This document shows positions 58,948 to 64,000 of a stretch of 64,000 bases of DNA, piece by piece. The notes beneath the pieces were generated by a model, which saw only the letters and a list, made by a program, of their open reading frames with translations, was not told the origin of the DNA and searched no databases. The first letter of the stretch is position 1. Every line of letters starts with the position of its first letter. The stretch covers positions 434,001 to 498,000 of the forward strand of contig NIVC01000350.1 in the NCBI GenBank assembly GCA_002269645.1, given 5' to 3'. The stretch comes from Macrostomum lignano (Eukaryota). The position numbers and the translations under genes are program-made.

Positions 58948-61306
58948 ATGCTCACGCACCAGCATCCGCCGTTGCTGCCGCTGCTGCTGCTGTTGCATCT
59001 TCTACTGGTGCCTCCAGTAGCAGACGCCAGCGTGTTGCGCTACGCCGATCAGTCCCAGCCGAAAACTCCTATAGTCCTGATCCCCGGCGACGGCGGCAGC
59101 CAGATTCAGGCTCGGCTGGACGGCAAACCGTCGGTGCCTCATTTCTGGTGCTCGAAGCGGACGGCGGACTTCTATCCGATCTGGCTCAACCTGGAGCTGC
59201 TGAATGCCGGCACTGTGGATTGTCTGGTGGACGATTTCCGCCTAGTGTTCGATCCGGCTACTAACCTGACATCGAATTCGCCGAAAGTGGTCACCAGAGT
59301 GCCTGGATTCGGCGACACGGCCACGGTTGAATACTTTGACGATTCGAAAATCTCTGCGAGCGCCTATTTTAACGATCTGGCGATCAAGCTGGTAGCCTAC
59401 GGCTATCGGAGGAATGTTACGCTGCGCGGAGCTCCCTTCGATTTTAGGCGAGGCGTGCATGATAATCCCCAGTTTCAGGTGTGTAGAAATACCCATTTCA
59501 AGACCCGTAGAAATACCAATTTCAAGACCTGTAAGAATACCCATTTCAAGACCTGTAAGAATACCCATTTCAAGACCCGTAGAAATACCAATTTCAAGAC
59601 CTGTAAGAATACCCATTTCAAGACCTGTAAGAATACCCATTTCAAGACCCGTAGAAATACCAATTTCAAGACCTGTAAGAATACCCATTTCAAGACCCGT
59701 AGAAGTACCAACTTCAAGACCTGTAGAAATACCCATTTCCAGACCTGTAGGAATACCCATTTCAAGATCAGTAGGAATACCCATTTCAAGACCTGTAGAA
59801 ATACCAATTTCAAGACCTGTAGAAATACCAATTTCAAGACCTGTAGAAATAACCATTTCAAGACCTGTAGAAATACCCATTTCAAGACCTGTAGAAATAC
59901 CCGTTTCAAGACCTGTAGAAATATCCAATTCAAGACCTGTAGAAACACCCATTTCAAGACCTGTAGAAATACCCGTTTCAAGAAGCCATAGAAATACCAA
60001 TTTCACAAATCTAAGAAATACTTTTAAGCTGTACATGTATTAACAATGAATCCCACTCACTAAAAAGAAGCTATTGCTCAACAATCGGCTGCCCGCAGTC
60101 CGACCTGAAGTCGCTAATTGAAGCCACCACGGCTGCCAACGCCGGCCGGCCCTGCTTGCTGGTGGCGCACAGCTACGGCAACACAGTGACGCTGGCCATG
60201 CTGCAACAGCAGACGCCAGATTGGAAACGGCGTCACGTGCGCGCTTTGCTAGCCGTCGCCGCTCCGCTAGGCGGCGCCGTTAAAGCTCTCCGGTTGATGT
60301 CTAGCGGCGACAGCTTGGACATACCGCTGGAGCGGCCGCTGGCCATGCGACCGCTGCAACGCTCGCTGACGTCTACGGCGCTGCTGATGCCGCATCCGCA
60401 ATTCTGGCCAGCCGGAGAGACCCTGATCAGCCGGCCGGGTAGGAACTATTCGACCGCTGAGTACGATCAGTTTTTTGTCGATATTGGCTATCAGCTGGGC
60501 AGCCGCATGCGCGCCGCCGCTGTGGCCGGCTACCGGCCCGACCTGCCGCCCGGTGTTGAGGTTTGTTTGTTTTAATTGTCTCAACTAATCTTTGTGCAGT
60601 CGTTTTTTGTTTGTCTTGGTTGTCATTACGGTGGGCTCTGTAATTGCTACTTATTGATAAGGTCTTTGTTTAATCATCTATTGGTTGGGGTCTTTGTTTC
60701 ATCCTTTATTGGTTGGGGTCTTTGTTTAATCTATTGGTTAGGGTCTTGGTTAGGGTCTTTGTTTAATCATCTATTGGTTGGGGTCTTTGTTACCTACCCT
60801 ATTGATGAGGTTATTTGTTCCCTAAACTATTGGCGGGGTCTTGAAGTCTTTGTTCGGTCTTGATTCAGTTCTTTAGTGCTACTCTGTAATTCGCCACTGT
60901 AATTTGCGAATCGGTTTTCCCTTAGTTTTCGTTGATGCCTACTATTAGTAGGCAAAAATAAAAGAAATCTGAAATGCTTGAATATCAATGAATTACTGTC
61001 CAGGTGCACTGCGTCTACGGCTACGGATTGAAGACGCCCGGCCGGTTAATCTGGCGCAGCAACGCCGACTGGCCGGACGCTCAGCCGGACGTCGACTGGG
61101 ACGACGGCGACGGCACGGTGAACAGCCGGAGTCTGGCCGCCTGCGCCGATCTGTGGGGCGGCGGGGCGCAGGCCCAGCCGGTGTTTAACTTCACCATACC
61201 TGGCGCCGAGCACCTGAAGATCCTGCACAGGCCCGAGTTTCTTCAGTACACTTTAGATTTGGTGCACCGGCTCAATGCCGAGACTGCGCATCCTGATGCT
61301 TTGTGA
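58948..61306 (+). CDS. PLA2G15: Lysosomal phospholipase A2 group XV / LCAT-family acyltransferase. Exons 58948-59478, 60099-60560, 61004-61306 (431 aa)
   Basis: Signal peptide; PIVLIPGDGGSQ, WCSKRT..FYPIWLNLELL, RVPGFGDT..VEY, LRGAPFDFR; nucleophile AHSYG; DGDGTV (Asp); EHLKIL (His). Two phase-0 GT-AG introns. PLA2G15 versus LCAT is not resolvable without a tree. Confidence 0.88.
59480..60020. repeat. 24-bp minisatellite in LPLA2 intron 1
   Basis: Unit acctgtagaaatacccatttcaag. Confidence 0.96.
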
Positions 61307-61599
61307 AGCTGTTTGATTGCTGCTGGTTTATCAATAATTATTATCATTTTAATCATGAGCAATCGACGCATGAGCATTAACGCGAGAATCACGCCTAATA
61401 GAAACATTTTTTCGTGTTTTCCGTTAACGTATTGCATTGTGAGGCTGTTGCGTAAATTGATTACTCTAATTATTTATGCTTGGGATTTCCCTGGTGTTTT
61501 TACATTTGGAATTACTCAAAACGATTTGTAGTGGGGATTTCTCTTATTTTTACAGCAATGACTTCGAAATATTTAAAATATTTACGAGGATTTTCTTAT

Positions 61600-62320
61600 C
61601 CATTCAACAAGGATTCCCCTAGCCGTTTCATTTCTGGGATTCCCCTAGCTGTTTTATGGCAGGGATTCCACCAGCAGTTTCATTGCTGGGATTCCCCTAG
61701 CTGTTTTATCGCAGGGAATCCACCAGCTGTTTCATTGCTGGGAGTCCCCTAGCCGTTTCATTCCTGGGAGTCCCCTAGCCGTTTCATTTCTGGGAGTCCC
61801 CTAGCCGTTTCAATTTCTGGGATTCCCCTAACTGTTTTATGGCAGGGATTCCACCAGCTGTTTCATTGCTGGGAGTCCCCTAGCCGTTTCATTCCTGGGA
61901 GTCCCCTAGCCGTTTCATTTCTGGGATTCCCCTAGCCGTTTCAATTTCTGGGATTCCCCTAACTGTTTTATGGCAGGGATTCCACCAGCTGTTTCATTGC
62001 TGGGAGTCCCCTAGCCGTTTTATTGATGGGATTCCCCTAGCCATTTCATTTCTGGGAGTCCCCTAGCTGTTTTATTGATGGGATTCCCCTAGCCGTTTCA
62101 CTTCTAGGATTCCCCTAGCTGTTTTATTGATGGGATTCCCCTAGCCGTTTCACTTCTAGGAGTCCCCTAGCTGTTTTATTGATGGGATTCCCCTAGCCGT
62201 TTCACTACTAGGATTCCCCTAGCTGTTTCATTGCTGGGATTCCCCTAGCTGTTTTATTGCATGGATTCCACCAGCTGTTTCATTGCTGGGATTCCCCTAG
62301 CTGTTATATGGCAGGGATCT
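61600..62320. repeat. Composite ~25-bp minisatellite with higher-order repeats
   Basis: ctggga(g/t)tcccctagccgtttcatt interleaved with gcagggattccaccagctgtttcattg. Confidence 0.93.
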
Positions 62321-63124
62321 CCCTAACTGTTATATATCAGGAATTACCCTAACATTCTCACTGCGGGGATTTTTTGTAACCGCCGTATGTCATAGCGGGA
62401 ACTTCCTTGAATTTTTAAGCTTGACATTATTCAGACCTCTTTTGGTTCGTACCACAGCAATGATTCAATTAACCAGTATCTAAGTTAATGTTACCCAAGG
62501 ATTTTTTTGTCGCATATCTAATCGTCATTAATAACTAATTTAAACTTATTCTTGCAAAAACAAAGAAGTATTTTTATTCAAGCGGTATTTTATCTGTACA
62601 AAAGTTATTTTTCACTTTTTAAAAACTGAAAATCTCGATGACGTAACTGCATGCCATGCCATGCCTATCCAGTATTCTGAATAAGCCATTTTACTGGCTT
62701 GCAGTGACTCACTACTTGGCGAAATACTCAGTGTTCAGTAAGAAATTAAAACGGCTATTTAGCTATTGTTGATGTTTAATATTATAAATATATAAACTTT
62801 TCAAAACTGTTTTTACGGTAAAAATTAAATGAATCTCAAAAGCCCTACAGTTTTCATTAACTAGAATATATTTTATACGCAGCTATTTTGTATTCATCGT
62901 TGGTTTTTATCCGTCTTTTTCACCCGTCGTACACAGAAATATGAACATACTCTTTATTTGCTTTGTTTCCTACTAATAGTAGGCTATCGTGAACGTTAAA
63001 TAAGCTACAATATAATGCGCATTGCAAATCGGTTGTGTGTTCGTCTGGCACTGTCTGCGCCAGTTCATATGCATGCAGTTGGACTTGTCTTTTGGCCTTG
63101 GTTTTTTTAATTTAATCTAAAGAT

Positions 63125-64000
63125 CGCTCCCGATTCCCTCTAGAGATCTTCCCGATTCCCTCTAGAGATCTTCCCGATTCCCTCTAGAGATCTCTTCCTG
63201 ATTCCCTCTAGAGATCTCTTCCTGATTCCCTCTAGAGATATCTTCCCGATTCCCTCTAGAGATCTCTTCCCGATTCCCTCTAGAGATCTCTTCCTGATTC
63301 CCTCTAGAGATCTCTTCCCGATTCTCTCTAAAGATCTCTTCCCGATTCCCTCTAGAGATCTCTCCCGATTCCCACTAGCGATTTCATCCCAATTCCCTCT
63401 TTAAATCTCTTCCCGATACCCTCTAGCGATCTCATCCCAATTTTTCTCAAGATATCTCTTCCCGATTCTCTCTATAGATCTCTTCCCAATTCCCTCTATA
63501 TATCTCTCCCAATTCCCTATAGAGATCTCTCTCAATTCCCTCTAGAGATCTCTTCCCGATTCCCTCGAGAGATCTCTGTCGATTCTCTCTATTGATCTCT
63601 TTCCAATTCTCTCTAGAGATCTCTCCCGATTTCCTCTAGCGATCTCATCCCAATTCCCTCTAGAGATCTCTTCCCGATTCTCTCTATAGATCTCTTCCCA
63701 ATTCCCTCTATATATCTCTCCCAATTCCCTATAGAGATCTCTCTCAATTCCCTCTAGAGATCTCTTCCCGATTCCCTCGAGAGATCTCTGTCGATTCTTT
63801 CTAGACATCACTCTTGCTTCTCCCTATTCCTTCTACAGATCGCTCCCGATTCCCTCTAGAGATCGCTCCCGATTCCCTCTAGAGATCGCTCCCGATTCCC
63901 TCTAAAGATCGCTCCCGATTCCCTCTAGAGATCGCTCCCGATTCCCTCTAGAGATCGCTCCCGATTCCCTCTAGAGATCGCTCCCGATTCCTTCTAGAGA
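63125..64000. repeat. 22-24-bp minisatellite running off the window
   Basis: gattccctctagagatc(tctt/gct)ccc. Confidence 0.95.

Noticed and set aside
58948-59991. LPLA2 as a 347-aa protein with a (TCRNTHFK)n tail
   Set aside because: This is read-through into intron 1. Splicing at 59478/60099 restores the catalytic triad.
63125-64000. Palindromic hexamers or octamers in several repeat units (TCGATCGA, ATGCAT/TCATGA, TGTACA/ACTAGT, CTCTAGAG/AGATCT) as a shared amplification signal
   Set aside because: Other arrays lack them, and I cannot show enrichment over chance without computation.

Overview
Eukaryotic (metazoan) genomic DNA with GC-rich exons, AT-rich spacers and minisatellite-filled introns. 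The style suggests a free-living flatworm such as Macrostomum, but this is inference. The ORF track mostly shows exon fragments or repeat artefacts, so I rebuilt genes by hand from GT-AG sites and codon phase. From left to right: (1) the first exon of a minus-strand signal-peptide receptor (ANF-receptor/PBP1-like); (2) a 6-exon TANGO6/RTP1 gene (6327-16851); (3) a head-to-tail cluster of six intact two-exon genes plus one pseudogene (17148-43203). These encode type I membrane proteins with signal peptide, CUB-like domain, atypical C-type lectin domain, TM helix and a Pro-rich PPxY tail. The first member has no genomic start ATG and may get it from a trans-spliced leader AUG; (4) a minus-strand SRSF7/9G8-like gene with a candidate poison exon; (5) a 3-exon LPLA2/LCAT-family gene. 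About 20 unrelated tandem repeats are interspersed, along with two tRNA-derived SINE families (one CORE-SINE), several MITEs with intact TSDs, an RTE LINE fragment and a probable Helitron-like element. All family assignments come from recalled motifs, not database searches.
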